Source: an uncultured candidatus Porisulfidus sp.
GTDB taxonomy: Bacteria; Pseudomonadota; Gammaproteobacteria; Poriferisulfidales; Poriferisulfidaceae
Assembly (NCBI GenBank): GCA_965204575.1
Contig: OZ241993.1
Span: forward strand, 1,536,001-1,600,000
Direction of reading: 5' to 3'
Length of the DNA: 64,000 nt
Below are positions 8,203 to 18,732 of the stretch, piece by piece. Each line of letters begins with the position of its first letter. Within the stretch, counting starts at the first letter, position 1. Made by a program: the position numbers and the translations under genes. The notes under the pieces were generated by a model. It saw nothing but the letters and a program-made list of their open reading frames with translations, did no database searches and had not been told where the DNA came from.

Positions 8203-9302
8203 CGCTCGACATGCTCCACGACTTCAAGCCCGAACCCGCCCAGGCCGTGGAACACCTGAGGCGCGCTCATCAAACGCATCCGGCGAACCCCAAGGTCAGC
8301 CAGGATCTGCGAACCAGCCCCCAGCACTCGTCGATCCGTTGGGACGGCCCGGGCGCGAGCCGGCTCGGGACTATTGTGCAACATCCGGACGCGTTCCAGC
8401 AAACGCGGAGGCGATTCGGGCCAGCGCAGGATCACTGCCACTCCTTGGCCCTCGGTGGCAATCCGCTGCAGTGCGTCACGGAGCGGCCAGCCCAGATCCG
8501 GCACTGAAGCCAAGGTCACGTCGCTGAGCGTGTTCTGCACATGCACGCGCACCAGCGTCGCTTTCTGCGGATCCAGCGGCCCGGCAACCAATGCCAAGTG
8601 GACCGTGTCAACCGTCATGTCCTCGTAGGCGATCAATTCGAATTCTCCGTAATCGGTCGGCAAGTGGCAACTGGCGCCGCGCCGCACGGTCGGTTCACGT
8701 TCGGCCCGGTAGCGGATCAGGTTCTCGATCGTGCCGATCTTGAGGCCGTGTTGCTCGGCCAGTCCTTCCAGCTGCGGGCGTCGCGCCATCGTGCCGTCCT
8801 CATTCAGGATCTCCACGATGACGGCGGCCGGCTCCAGACCGGCCAACCGCGCCAGATCGCATCCGCCTTCCGTATGTCCGGCACGGGTCAGGACGCCCCC
8901 GGGCTGTTGCATCAGGCATTGCAAATGCCCAGGCTGCAGGATGTCGCCCGGTCGGGCGTCTGCCGCGACAGCTGCCCGGATCGTGGTGGCCCGGTCGTGC
9001 GCCGACACCCCCGTGGTAATGCCCTCGTGCGCGTCGATGGTGAACGTGAAATTGGTGCGATGCGCCTCGTCCGTGGTCGGATCCATCAGCGGCAGGTTCA
9101 GTTGCTGGCAGCGTTCCCGGGTCATCGCCAGACAGAGCAGGCCGCGGCCATGCCGGGTCATGAAATTGATGTGCTCCGGCGTCACCAGCGAAGCCGCCAC
9201 GACCAAGTCTCCTTCATTCTCCCGAGCCTCGTCGTCGGCCAGAACGATCATCCGCCCGGCTCTCAGATCCTGGATCAGTTCCTCGATCGTATTGAAATTC
9301 AT
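8199..9302 (-). CDS. ribB: DHBP synthase fused to a degenerate GTP cyclohydrolase II-like domain (RibBA/RibBX type)
   Basis: DDE.RENEGDL, TTGVSA.DR, RAGHTE; C-domain has VRVHVQN and lacks the Zn-binding cysteines. Confidence 0.9.
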   Translation of the reverse strand: MNFNTIEELIQDLRAGRMIVLADDEARENEGDLVVAASLVTPEHINFMTRHGRGLLCLAMTRERCQQLNLPLMDPTTDEAHRTNFTFTIDAHEGITTGVSAHDRATTIRAAVAADARPGDILQPGHLQCLMQQPGGVLTRAGHTEGGCDLARLAGLEPAAVIVEILNEDGTMARRPQLEGLAEQHGLKIGTIENLIRYRAEREPTVRRGASCHLPTDYGEFELIAYEDMTVDTVHLALVAGPLDPQKATLVRVHVQNTLSDVTLASVPDLGWPLRDALQRIATEGQGVAVILRWPESPPRLLERVRMLHNSPEPARARAVPTDRRVLGAGSQILADLGVRRMRLMSAPQVFHGLGGFGLEVVEHVER

Positions 9303-9904
9303 GACCTCGCGCGCTCCTCGAGAAGGCGTTCCAAATATCTTGCCAGCATATCAACTTCCAGGTTGACCTGCATGCCAGCACGGTAGTCACCCGCCAAGCT
9401 GACGGCACAGGTGTGCGGGACCAGCGTGACGCTAAACGTACTCGCCTCAACCCCGGTCACGGTCAGGCTGACGCCATCCACACAGACCGAACCGCGCGGA
9501 ACCAGATAACGGCGAACCTCCGCAGGAGCCTTGACCTCTATCCGGCTGCAATCGCCTTCTGCCTCGACCGCCGCGATCTCGCCCACCGCATCGACATGCC
9601 CGCTCACGAGATGCCCGCCCATCGGTTCGCCGACGCGCAAGGCCGGCTCCAGATTGACTTCGTGCCCGGCTTCCAGGCTGCCCAGCGTTGTACGCGCAAG
9701 CGTCGTCTCGCTCAAATCCGCTTCAAAGGTCTCCGCTTCCGCCACGCAAGCGGTCAGGCAGACTCCGCTGACGGCAATGCTGTCGCCTGCCCGAATTCCC
9801 TGCAGACGGCCCTGCCCCGGATGCTGGATGCGTACGTGCCGGTCGGCATCCCGAGCCTCCATGGCCACAATCCGGCCTCGCGCCTCGACGATCCCCGTGA
9901 ACAC
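9299..9904 (-). CDS. ribE: Riboflavin synthase (alpha chain)
   Basis: (M)FTGIVE, GDSIAVSGVCLT, GGHLVSGHVD, VDGVSLTV, VNLEVD. Confidence 0.95.
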   Translation of the reverse strand: MFTGIVEARGRIVAMEARDADRHVRIQHPGQGRLQGIRAGDSIAVSGVCLTACVAEAETFEADLSETTLARTTLGSLEAGHEVNLEPALRVGEPMGGHLVSGHVDAVGEIAAVEAEGDCSRIEVKAPAEVRRYLVPRGSVCVDGVSLTVTGVEASTFSVTLVPHTCAVSLAGDYRAGMQVNLEVDMLARYLERLLEERARS

Positions 9905-9905
9905 T

Positions 9906-11021
9906 TCAGCGGCTCCGGTGATAGGTGATGCGGACATCCGAACCCAGCGCGCGGGCATCCTGCAGCGTCCAGCCCAAGCGTTCCGGAAGGTCCTCGGCCG
10001 GCGGCAGTTCCGCCAAAGGCGCGGCATCCGCACCCAGCAAGCGGGGCGCAATGTAGACCATCATCTCATCGACCAGATCTTCCTGGATCAGCGCCCCGAC
10101 GAATTTCGCGCCCGCTTCGACCAGAATGTCGTTGATTTCGTAATCCATGGCCAATCCCGACAGCGCCGCTGCCAGGTCCAGCCCCTTCCCGCCAGCCTGC
10201 ACTGTTCGGATTTCCGCTTCGGGCGGGACGACCGCCCGGAGTTTTTCGGCATGCTCGTCCAGGGTGTAGACCACGCAGGGCCCCGGCACCGACCAAAGGG
10301 AAAGATCGCCCGACAGTTCTCCTTTCCGATCCATGATCGCCCGCAATGGCTGACGAACCCGGTCGACACCCAGCACCTGTGCTTTCAGGCGAACGTTGAG
10401 CCGGGCATCATCCCGGCATACGGTCGCAGCCGTCGACAGCACTGCTCCGCTTCGGGCCCGTCGCCACTGCACATCGGCGCGCGCCTCCAGGCCTGTAATC
10501 CACTGGCTGTGCCCGTCGGCCAGCGCCGTCCCGCCATCCAGACTCATCGCCTGCTTGACGCAGACCCAAGGCCGCCCGGTCGTCATGCGTTTCCAGAACC
10601 CCTGGTTCAGTGCCTGCGCCCGTTCGGCCCCGATGCCTACTTCGCACTCGATGCCCGCTTCCTTCAACATCCCATGGCCACGTCCGGCCACTTGAGGGTT
10701 GGGGTCCTCGCAGGCAGACACGACCCGACCGATGCCGGAGGCGATGATCCCCGACACGCACGGAGCCGTGCGCCCTTGGTGCGCACAGGGTTCGAGCGTC
10801 ACATACATCGTGGCTCCACGCGCCCGGTCCCCGGCCTCCTTCAAGGCTTGTGGTTCGGCGTGAAGTTCCCCGGCGCGGCGATGAAACCCCCGCCCGACCA
10901 CGGCGCCATCGGCCACCACCAGGCATCCGACGCAGGGATTGGGGGACGCGGTATAGCGGCCTCGTTCCGCCAGTTCCAGGGCTTCTTCCATGAAGCGCGC
11001 GTCCGTCTCCTGCACCGTCAT
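9906..11021 (-). CDS. ribD: Bifunctional pyrimidine deaminase/reductase
   Basis: PNP.VGC, HAE, TLEPC.H.GRT.PC, SLDG, S.WITG. Confidence 0.95.
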   Translation of the reverse strand: MTVQETDARFMEEALELAERGRYTASPNPCVGCLVVADGAVVGRGFHRRAGELHAEPQALKEAGDRARGATMYVTLEPCAHQGRTAPCVSGIIASGIGRVVSACEDPNPQVAGRGHGMLKEAGIECEVGIGAERAQALNQGFWKRMTTGRPWVCVKQAMSLDGGTALADGHSQWITGLEARADVQWRRARSGAVLSTAATVCRDDARLNVRLKAQVLGVDRVRQPLRAIMDRKGELSGDLSLWSVPGPCVVYTLDEHAEKLRAVVPPEAEIRTVQAGGKGLDLAAALSGLAMDYEINDILVEAGAKFVGALIQEDLVDEMMVYIAPRLLGADAAPLAELPPAEDLPERLGWTLQDARALGSDVRITYHRSR

Positions 11022-11554
11022 GGCGGTGGAAGGTCGCCCGGAGTCTCTTCCCTGGTCAACAAGTCCATCTGTTTGCGTCTGGCCGATTCCGGCAGTGCGT
11101 TGGCCTCGCGCTCCAGCAACTGCCGCCACTGTTCGATCGTGGTGATTTCCTCGAACACCGAGGCATAGAGGATGCAGGCGATCTGATCCCGCTCCCGCAG
11201 CTCGTCAATCACCCAGAACCCAATCGTCCGGCTCGGGACGTTCCGGCTCGGGTGGAGGCGCGCGCGATCGCAGACGTTCTGGACAATCTCCTCGATGGCA
11301 TCCGGACTGACGGGTCGGTTGCGCGACGCCATTTCGATGCTCCATGTCAGTTTTTCGGTGTCGAAAGCCTGTGGAATCGATTGCCCTTTCTTCGCGACAT
11401 CCGGGAGCTTCAGCTTCGCCCGCTCGTAAGTCGTGAAACGCATCTTGCAGTTCGGATTCAGGCATTGTCGGCGGCGGCGCACTTGATCGCCCCCACCCAC
11501 CGGCCGGGAATCCAGGACCTGGGTATCACCGTGTTTGCAGAACGGGCAGCGCAC
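11018..11554 (-). CDS. nrdR: Transcriptional repressor NrdR
   Basis: MRCPFC...T.V.DSR...RRRRQC...C..RFTTYE; glyA-nrdR-ribD synteny. Confidence 0.9.
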   Translation of the reverse strand: MRCPFCKHGDTQVLDSRPVGGGDQVRRRRQCLNPNCKMRFTTYERAKLKLPDVAKKGQSIPQAFDTEKLTWSIEMASRNRPVSPDAIEEIVQNVCDRARLHPSRNVPSRTIGFWVIDELRERDQIACILYASVFEEITTIEQWRQLLEREANALPESARRKQMDLLTREETPGDLPPP

Positions 11555-11595
11555 GATCTCCTCGCCAGTGCTCCCGCTCCCTGGCCCGGGGCCGG

Positions 11596-12855
11596 TTAGT
11601 CGGCCTCGTACACCGGATAGCGCGCGCAGATTTCCTGCACCTGCCCGCGCACGCGGTCAATCACGGATTCGTCGCCCAAGTCGTCGATGATGTCGCACAT
11701 CCAGCCGGCCAGCGTACGGCATTCATCCTCTTGAAAGCCCCGGGTCGTGACCGCGGGCGTGCCGACCCGGATGCCACTGGTCACGAACGGCGACTTCGGG
11801 TCGTTGGGAACGGTGTTCTTGTTCACCGTGATGTGGGCCCGTCCCAGCGCAGCGTCAACCTCCTTTCCGGTCAGTTCCTGGGCAATGAAGTCGACCAGGA
11901 ACAGGTGGTCATCCGTCCCGCCGGAGACGACCTTGTAGTTGCGCTCGATGAAGACTTCGGCCATGGCCTTGGCATTGGCCAGCACCTGGCGCTGGTATTC
12001 CTTGAACTCAGGCTGGGCGGCCTCGCGGAACGCCACCGCCTTCGCCGCGATGACATGCATCAGCGGACCCCCTTGCATCCCGGGGAACACCATGGAGTTG
12101 ATCTTCTTGGTGATCTCCTCGTTCTCGCGGGCAATGATGAAGCCACTGCGGGGTCCGCGCAGCGTCTTGTGGGTGGTGGAGGTCACCACGTCGGCGACCG
12201 GCACCGGGCTCGGGTAGAGATCTGCGGCAATCAGCCCCGAGACGTGCGCCATGTCGACCATCAGCAAGGCCCCGACGGAATCGGAGATGTCGCGGAAGCG
12301 CTGCCAGTCCATGACCCGCGAATAAGCGGAAAACCCGGCCACGACCATCTTGGGGCGGTGCTCGGCAGCCAGCTGTTCGACCTGCTCGTAGTCCACCTCC
12401 CCGGTTTCCGGGTTCAACCCGTACTGGACCGCGTTGTAGTTCTGTCCGGAAAAGTTGACATGGGAGCCATGCGTCAGGTGCCCGCCATGGGCCAAGGCCA
12501 TGCCAAGCAGGGTATCGCCCGGCTGCAGCAGCGCGGTGTACACCGCCGCGTTCGCCTGGGACCCGGCGTGCGGCTGCACATTGGCGTAATCCGCCTTGTA
12601 CAACTCGCAAGCGCGGTCGATGGCCAATTGCTCAACCACGTCCACATGCTCGCAGCCCCCGTAGTAACGCTTGGCGGGGTAGCCTTCCGCATACTTGTTG
12701 GTCAGCACCGACCCCTGCGCCTCCAGGATCCGCGGGCTGGTGTAGTTCTCAGAGGCGATCAGCTCGATATGTTCTTCCTGGCGGCGACGTTCCGCCTCCA
12801 TCGCGGCGGCAACCTCCGGGTCGAATCCGGCAATGGTCAGATCTTTTTTAAACAT
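11596..12855 (-). CDS. glyA: Serine hydroxymethyltransferase
   Basis: [31 protein letters not shown]. Confidence 0.98.
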   Translation of the reverse strand: MFKKDLTIAGFDPEVAAAMEAERRRQEEHIELIASENYTSPRILEAQGSVLTNKYAEGYPAKRYYGGCEHVDVVEQLAIDRACELYKADYANVQPHAGSQANAAVYTALLQPGDTLLGMALAHGGHLTHGSHVNFSGQNYNAVQYGLNPETGEVDYEQVEQLAAEHRPKMVVAGFSAYSRVMDWQRFRDISDSVGALLMVDMAHVSGLIAADLYPSPVPVADVVTSTTHKTLRGPRSGFIIARENEEITKKINSMVFPGMQGGPLMHVIAAKAVAFREAAQPEFKEYQRQVLANAKAMAEVFIERNYKVVSGGTDDHLFLVDFIAQELTGKEVDAALGRAHITVNKNTVPNDPKSPFVTSGIRVGTPAVTTRGFQEDECRTLAGWMCDIIDDLGDESVIDRVRGQVQEICARYPVYEAD

Positions 12856-12908
12856 GGCAGTTCTTGCAAAGGGTCGGACGCGGCATTATAAGGGGTTGCA
12901 TGCCATTT

Positions 12909-13292
12909 TCAGGCGGAACCACCCTCGGCCAACTGCAACAGCAACTCGGGCAAACCGGCCTCCGCACCCAGATGCGTGCACAGGTTAATAAGTATGTCGG
13001 GATGCCGCTCACGCGCCTGATCCAGCAAGGCCGGGACGTCGTCGCGGACATGACGGCCCGCAGCCAGGAAGTACGGCAGAACCCACAACTGCGCCGCGCC
13101 CTGTGCAACACAGGCGTCAATTCCCGTCGGAATGTCCGGTTCGGCAATCTCCAGGAAAGCATGCGTCACGATCTCATACCGGTCGCCGGATGCCTCGCGC
13201 AACCGCTCGGTGAGTTCGGCCACTTCGGCATTGGCCTCCGGCAGGCGCGAACCGTGCGCAACCAGCAGCAATGCACGTTTGCCGGCATTCAT
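12909..13292 (-). CDS. CbiX/SirB-family small chelatase
   Basis: LLVAHGSR, AFLE.AEP, PYFL.AGRHV..D.P. Confidence 0.85.
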   Translation of the reverse strand: MNAGKRALLLVAHGSRLPEANAEVAELTERLREASGDRYEIVTHAFLEIAEPDIPTGIDACVAQGAAQLWVLPYFLAAGRHVRDDVPALLDQARERHPDILINLCTHLGAEAGLPELLLQLAEGGSA

Positions 13293-14017
13293 GCCAAAGC
13301 CTCCATCGCGGCGCGCACCCGTGCCAAATCCTCGGGCGTATCCACGCCCGGCGATGTCGCTTCGACGCCCGGCTCGACATGGACGCGAAGGCCATGGTGG
13401 AGCATCCGGCACTGTTCCAGCGATTCCTCCAACTCCTGCGGCGCCGGCGGCAGCTTGACATACCGGGCGAGCCCGCCCGCACGGTAGGCATAAACCCCCA
13501 GATGGCGCTGGCAGCGCGTCTCTTCGATTTGCCGGGGCGCCCGGCTGAATCCTTCGGCGTACCCTTCCTCGTCCCGCCAGACCTTGACGACCTGGGCGCG
13601 ACCCCAATCCCCTTCATCGAGGGGCTCGCACAAAGTCGCCGCGAAAGCTTCGTCCCGAGCGGCCAGGTTCCCGGCCACCTGGGAAATCAGGGCGGGCGGG
13701 AGCATCGGCTCGTCTGCCTGCACATTGACCACGATCGCATCCGCGTCCCAATCCAGGTATTCCAGCAATTCGCCCAAGCGGGCTGTCCCGTTCGGATGAT
13801 CCAGGCGCGTCATCCAGACCGGCGCGCCGAACGAACGGGCGCACTCGGCCACCGCCTCGTCGCCCGCCGCAATCACGACCGAAGCGGCTCCGCTCTGCCG
13901 GGCGTGCTCAAAAACCCATTGCAGCATCGGTTGCCCGGCGATTTCAAGCAGCGGCTTGTTCGGCAGCCGCGTCGACGCACTTCGCGCCGGAATCGCCACA
14001 TGGAAAGTCGGGCTCAT
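13289..14017 (-). CDS. kdsB: 3-deoxy-manno-octulosonate cytidylyltransferase
   Basis: [44 protein letters not shown]. Confidence 0.95.
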   Translation of the reverse strand: MSPTFHVAIPARSASTRLPNKPLLEIAGQPMLQWVFEHARQSGAASVVIAAGDEAVAECARSFGAPVWMTRLDHPNGTARLGELLEYLDWDADAIVVNVQADEPMLPPALISQVAGNLAARDEAFAATLCEPLDEGDWGRAQVVKVWRDEEGYAEGFSRAPRQIEETRCQRHLGVYAYRAGGLARYVKLPPAPQELEESLEQCRMLHHGLRVHVEPGVEATSPGVDTPEDLARVRAAMEALA

Positions 14018-14211
14018 GAATCATGCCGGTAGCGCTGGTATTCCTCTTCCAACAACCCGCGCGCCTCTTCTTCCAGCAAGACCGGAATGTCGTCGCGCAC
14101 CGGGTAAGCCAGGCGCGCCGACACCGAAATCAGTTCCTGCTGCTCACGGTCGTACAGCAGCGGGCCCTTGGTGACCGGGCAGACAAGGATATCCAGCAGT
14201 CTTTTGTCCAT
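14014..14211 (-). CDS. Trm112/YcaR family protein
   Basis: [27 protein letters not shown]. Confidence 0.9.
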   Translation of the reverse strand: MDKRLLDILVCPVTKGPLLYDREQQELISVSARLAYPVRDDIPVLLEEEARGLLEEEYQRYRHDS

Positions 14212-14228
14212 CTGTTCCCGACTCCCGC

Positions 14229-17081
14229 TCATGTCTTCGCTTCGGCATCCAGGGAATCCAGTGCCTTGGCCCTTCGGTTCTCCTCAATGGCGCGTTGCGC
14301 GCTGCCGATGATTTCCTCGGCAACCGCCGGTTCCAGCGCCACGTCGACCTCCAAAGAATACCACCGTTCACGGGCAAAACGCTCGCACTTGACCGCATCC
14401 TTGGGCGTCATGACTACCGCGTGACCGTCCGCAAAGTCGAGTTGCCCGGCTCGGAAAGCATGGTGGTCCTCGTAGATGTGCGGAATCGCGTCGATCCCGG
14501 CGCTGGCCAGGGATTCCAGAAACCGGTGCGGATTCCCGATCCCGCAGACCGCGTGCACGGTCTGCCCCGCAAGGCCGGACAGCGGGACCGTGCTGCCGTC
14601 AAGCAAGGAGCGCAGGTGTTTCACCTGCAAGTCGAACCGGTGTTCTCCTTGCTCCGGAGCTCCTCCGTGCACCAGGATCCAATCGGCCAAACGCACGCGC
14701 CCGAGCGGCTCCCTCAGCGGTCCGGCAGGCAGGCACAAGCCGTTGCCGTGCCGGCGTTTGCCGTCCACCACCAGGATCTCGATCTCCCGTGACAAACCCA
14801 AATGCTGCAGCCCGTCATCCGAGAGGATGATGCTGACGGTATGCCGCTCGCAGAGCGCCTGCGCGGCCGCCACCCGGTCCGGGCCTGCAAACACGGGACA
14901 GCCCGTCTGTGCCGCAACCAGAACCGCCTCCTCCCCGACCTCATCGGGGCCAGTCGCGGCATCAACCTCGCGGGGCCAGGTTGTGCTGTCGCCCCGGTAG
15001 CCCCGGCACACGATCCCGACCGAAACTCCCAGGCTTCGAAGCCGGAGTGCCAGCCAGACCACCAGAGGGGTCTTCCCGGTGCCTCCGACGCTCAGGTTGC
15101 CGATCACCGCCACAGGCACCGGCAAGGCAGGCGGCCGGTTCAGCCAACGGCGCCAGATCCGCCGCAGGAACACGCCGGTGCGATACAGCCAACTCAGTGG
15201 CCGCAAGACCCACACCCAGCGGCTATCCCCGTACCAGACGGTCTCGGCAAAACGCGTCACCCAGGACTGATGCCGGGTGCTCTCCGCCTCCAGCAGTTCC
15301 CCGCGGCGGGGTGGGCGTTCCTCGACGTCCCCCGTATCCTGGAACTGATGCTGGTAGAGCTTCCTGTAGACCTGGTTCCTCTGGATCAGCTCCCCATGCG
15401 TGCCCTGCTCGACAACCTCGCCCTGATCCAGGACGACGATCCGGTCTGCCCGTTCAACCGTCGACAGTCGATGCGCGATGATCAGGGTGGTGGAGACTTC
15501 CATGATCTTGTCCAAGGCTTCCTGCACGTACCGCTCGGATTCGCTGTCTAGCGACGAGGTCGCTTCGTCCAGGATCAGGATCGGTGCCCGCTTGTACAGG
15601 GCCCGGGCCAAGGCCAGGCGCTGTCGCTGGCCCCCGGAAAGCTGTACCCCCCCTTCCCCGATGATAGTCTCCAGGCCCTGTGGCAGGCGATCCACAAACT
15701 CGTCGACATGCGCACTGCGCAGCGCCAACTCCAGGTCGTGCTGCTGATCCGGGTCCACCCCATAGGTAATGTTGTTGCGCACCGTGTCGTTGAACAGCAC
15801 CACGTTCTGTCCCACGTAACTGATCAGCCCCCGCAGGTCAGACAGTTGCAGGTCGTTGATCGGAATGTCGTCGATCCGGATTTCCCCGCTCTGCGGGGCA
15901 TAGAAGCGCGGCAACAGGTTGGCCAGCGAAGACTTGCCGGAGCCGGAGCGCCCGACCAGGGCCACGGTCTCGCCGCGCCGGATCGTCAGCGAGACATTGT
16001 GAAGCGCTTCGCGGTCCGCGTTGCGGTAACGCAAACTGATCCGATCATAGGCGATCGAATGCTGCAGATCCTGCTTGGAATGCCCGCCCTGATCCTGTTC
16101 CACCGGGGTGTCCAGCATCTGGAAGACCTGCTGGCCGGCGGCGATGCTCTGCTGCAGCCGGGTGTTGACCTGCACCAGGTTCCGCGCAGGGGCCAACAGC
16201 ATCAGCATGGCGAACATGAACGACACGAACCCGCCGACCGTGATGGTGCTGAGCACCCCTTCCAGCGTCACCAAGTAGACGATGCCGGCCCAGGCCAGCC
16301 CGACCAGCAGCATGATGACCGAAGACACCAAGGCCGCCATCTGTTGCGTGCGGACCTGTCGCTTCCGGAAATACTCGGTCGTCTCATCGAAGCGTGTTTT
16401 CTCCATAGCCTCGGCCTGAAACACCTTCACGACCCGGTAACCCTGGATCACTTCCTGGGCGTTCTGCACGGTCGCGGTGAGCGCCTCCATCATGCGGTGG
16501 CTAAGCTTTCGGACTCTCCGGTTGCTGCTGGGAATCAGCCAGGCGAACACCGGCACGGCGGCCAGGAACGCAACGGTCAGGATCCAGCTCACGTACAGCA
16601 TCCAGCCGACCAGGCCGATCACCATCAGGCTGTCCCGGATCAGGATGGTGAGGCTTTTCGATGCCGCCGTGGTCACGCCCTCGACGTGGCTGGTGATGCG
16701 CGCCAGGAAATCGCTGGAAGCCGTGTGGTCATGGGTTTCCGCCGGAAACTCAAGCAGGCGCGCAAACATTTTCCGCCGCAGGTCCCGGACCAGGCGCGCA
16801 CCGATCTGCGCCATGCAGGACGCACTGAGGTACGAGCCGACCGCCCGCAGTACGAAAATCCCGATCAACGCCAGCGGCACCCAGCGGATCACGTCCGGTT
16901 GCTGCTCGACGATCGCGCCATCCAGAATCGGTTTCATCAGCGCCGACAACGCGGGACCCGTCGCGGCCTCCATCGCCATGCCAAGCAGCGCCAAGGTCAG
17001 GATGCCGGCCTGACCCTGCAGAGCCAGCCGCAGCAACTGCCGGTAAATGTCCATGCCGGAACGGCGCGCAGTCTCGTTCAT
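14229..17081 (-). CDS. msbA-lpxK: Lipid A flippase MsbA fused in frame to tetraacyldisaccharide 4'-kinase LpxK
   Basis: ABC TMD + NBD ([23 protein letters not shown]) continues without a stop into the LpxK domain ([48 protein letters not shown]). Confidence 0.9.
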   Translation of the reverse strand: MNETARRSGMDIYRQLLRLALQGQAGILTLALLGMAMEAATGPALSALMKPILDGAIVEQQPDVIRWVPLALIGIFVLRAVGSYLSASCMAQIGARLVRDLRRKMFARLLEFPAETHDHTASSDFLARITSHVEGVTTAASKSLTILIRDSLMVIGLVGWMLYVSWILTVAFLAAVPVFAWLIPSSNRRVRKLSHRMMEALTATVQNAQEVIQGYRVVKVFQAEAMEKTRFDETTEYFRKRQVRTQQMAALVSSVIMLLVGLAWAGIVYLVTLEGVLSTITVGGFVSFMFAMLMLLAPARNLVQVNTRLQQSIAAGQQVFQMLDTPVEQDQGGHSKQDLQHSIAYDRISLRYRNADREALHNVSLTIRRGETVALVGRSGSGKSSLANLLPRFYAPQSGEIRIDDIPINDLQLSDLRGLISYVGQNVVLFNDTVRNNITYGVDPDQQHDLELALRSAHVDEFVDRLPQGLETIIGEGGVQLSGGQRQRLALARALYKRAPILILDEATSSLDSESERYVQEALDKIMEVSTTLIIAHRLSTVERADRIVVLDQGEVVEQGTHGELIQRNQVYRKLYQHQFQDTGDVEERPPRRGELLEAESTRHQSWVTRFAETVWYGDSRWVWVLRPLSWLYRTGVFLRRIWRRWLNRPPALPVPVAVIGNLSVGGTGKTPLVVWLALRLRSLGVSVGIVCRGYRGDSTTWPREVDAATGPDEVGEEAVLVAAQTGCPVFAGPDRVAAAQALCERHTVSIILSDDGLQHLGLSREIEILVVDGKRRHGNGLCLPAGPLREPLGRVRLADWILVHGGAPEQGEHRFDLQVKHLRSLLDGSTVPLSGLAGQTVHAVCGIGNPHRFLESLASAGIDAIPHIYEDHHAFRAGQLDFADGHAVVMTPKDAVKCERFARERWYSLEVDVALEPAVAEEIIGSAQRAIEENRRAKALDSLDAEAKT

Positions 17082-17491
17082 GGCAGGCGCTCACCCATCG
17101 TCGCAACCCGGATCTGCTGGACGCCCTGCCCCCGGGCCTGCGCCATCAGGTACACGACCGACTGGTGCGGCGTCAGTGCATGGGCGTAGAGATAGACCAC
17201 CGCGTCTGGTTGCTCCGCGAGCGCGAGGTGCAACTGTGCCGCCAAGGCTTCGGGTTCGTCTGGAAGAAGCTGCCCGTTCAGGTAATAGTCACCCATCGCA
17301 TCAATGGCCAGGTTGATGCGCACCTCGACGCCGGCCGCTTCGGCCTCGCCGCGCGGCAGTTGGATTTTCAGGAAATCGAGTTGGCTGAATGTCGTGGTCA
17401 GCATGAAAAACAGCAGCAGCAGGAACACGACGTCGACCAGCGGCGTCAGCGGGATCGAAAGAGTGTCTTCCTGGCGGGCCTGGAATTTCAC
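17078..17491 (-). CDS. exbD: ExbD/TolR family protein
   Basis: LTPLVDVVFLLLLFFMLTTTF; GTG start overlaps exbB stop. Confidence 0.9.
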   Translation of the reverse strand: MKFQARQEDTLSIPLTPLVDVVFLLLLFFMLTTTFSQLDFLKIQLPRGEAEAAGVEVRINLAIDAMGDYYLNGQLLPDEPEALAAQLHLALAEQPDAVVYLYAHALTPHQSVVYLMAQARGQGVQQIRVATMGERLP

Positions 17492-18105
17492 GGTGTCTCC
17501 TGCCCGCGTTGCTGCAATACATCCATCAGCTGGTGCGCCACCGACTCCATCCGGGAGACCAGCACGGAGACCTTGCGTTGAAAAAAGCGGTGGAAGATCA
17601 CGGCCGGAATCGCCACAGCCAGGCCCGCCGCGGTAGTAATTAGCGCTTGCGCAATACCCCCGGCCAGGTCCGACGGCTGTCCCAGCCCGGTCGTCATGAT
17701 CTGATCGAACACGACGATGAGCCCCCAGACCGTCCCCAGAAGGCCTAGCAAGGGAGAAATCATCGCGATGGTGCCCAGTGCCGCCAAGAAACGTTCCAAC
17801 TCGACCGCCCCCCGGCGGCCCGCATCCTCGATCGCCGTCTTGCGTTCCTCCAGCGTCTGCCGGTGGGGGCCCAGGCCAGCCGCCAATACGCGCCCCAGTT
17901 GCGAACTGTTGCGCAACGCGTCGAGGCGATCCCCATCCAGTGCATCCTGCTGCAGCCAGGCTCGCACCTGCGCCAGCAAGCCGTCCGGCATGACCTGACC
18001 CTGCCGCAGAGCCCAACTGCGCTCCAAAATGATGGCCAACGCCAGGATGGAGCACAGCAGAATCGGCACCATCACCCAGCCTCCGGCCTGTAGCAAATCC
18101 AGCAT
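17488..18105 (-). CDS. exbB: MotA/TolQ/ExbB proton channel protein
   Basis: GGWVM.PI, PLLGLLGTV.G, GIAQALITTAAGL.VAIP. Confidence 0.9.
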   Translation of the reverse strand: MLDLLQAGGWVMVPILLCSILALAIILERSWALRQGQVMPDGLLAQVRAWLQQDALDGDRLDALRNSSQLGRVLAAGLGPHRQTLEERKTAIEDAGRRGAVELERFLAALGTIAMISPLLGLLGTVWGLIVVFDQIMTTGLGQPSDLAGGIAQALITTAAGLAVAIPAVIFHRFFQRKVSVLVSRMESVAHQLMDVLQQRGQETP

Positions 18106-18181
18106 CAGCGGGCGTAAAACAGCGAAAGTAAAGAATTTATTGTAGAGTATTAGGTGTTCCTCAATTGCCCTGTAACCGCCG

Positions 18182-18727
18182 ATGGCACGCAAGGTTCTAC
18201 AGAAATATCTTCCGCATTTCCATCGGGTCAGGGAGCACCAGACGCTTCGCCTGTTCGGTTCGGCGGCATTGAAGGACAACCTGTGGCACCTCAACCGCCG
18301 TTCGGTGGCCCGCGCGTTTGCGATCGGGGTGTTCTGCGCATTCCTTCCCGTTCCGGGACAAATGGCCGTGGCAGCCGCACTGGCTATCGTGTTCGCCTCG
18401 AACCTGCCTCTCGCCGTGCTGCTGGTCTGGATCACCAACCCCGTCACCATCCCCCCGATCGTTCTCACCTGCTATTTGGTCGGCAGTTGGGTGCTCAACA
18501 TCCCTCCCCAGCATTTCGCATTTGAGTGGTCCTGGGCCTGGTTCACGGAGGAGTTATATGTCATCGGCCTGCCACTGCTCGTCGGCTCCCTGATCTGCGG
18601 CGCCATCGGCGCGGCTACCAGTTACTGGGGAGTTCTCCTGTACTGGCGGTGGTATGTGGTCCGCATCTGGCAAACCCGTCACAAGCGCAGGGTTGAAAAA
18701 GTCCTTCACGACATCTTGGAGAAGTAG
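18182..18727 (+). CDS. DUF2062 membrane protein
   Basis: LWHLNRRSVA.A.AIG.F.AF.P.P.QM, NLP, WITNP.T.PP. Confidence 0.9.
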   Translation: MARKVLQKYLPHFHRVREHQTLRLFGSAALKDNLWHLNRRSVARAFAIGVFCAFLPVPGQMAVAAALAIVFASNLPLAVLLVWITNPVTIPPIVLTCYLVGSWVLNIPPQHFAFEWSWAWFTEELYVIGLPLLVGSLICGAIGAATSYWGVLLYWRWYVVRIWQTRHKRRVEKVLHDILEK

Positions 18728-18732
18728 GCAGA

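Noticed and set aside
8199-8700. Pseudogenised ribA
   Set aside because: The frame is intact; a degenerate GCHII domain fused to RibB (RibBX type) is already known in proteobacteria
9531-11168. Long antisense ORFs (also 15708-17189, 24598-26523, 42612-44132, 50022-51857, 57403-58848)
   Set aside because: Shadow frames opposite well-conserved genes in GC-rich DNA; no recognisable motifs
11555-11595. FMN riboswitch ahead of the riboflavin genes
   Set aside because: Only about 40 bp intergenic and no RFN motifs
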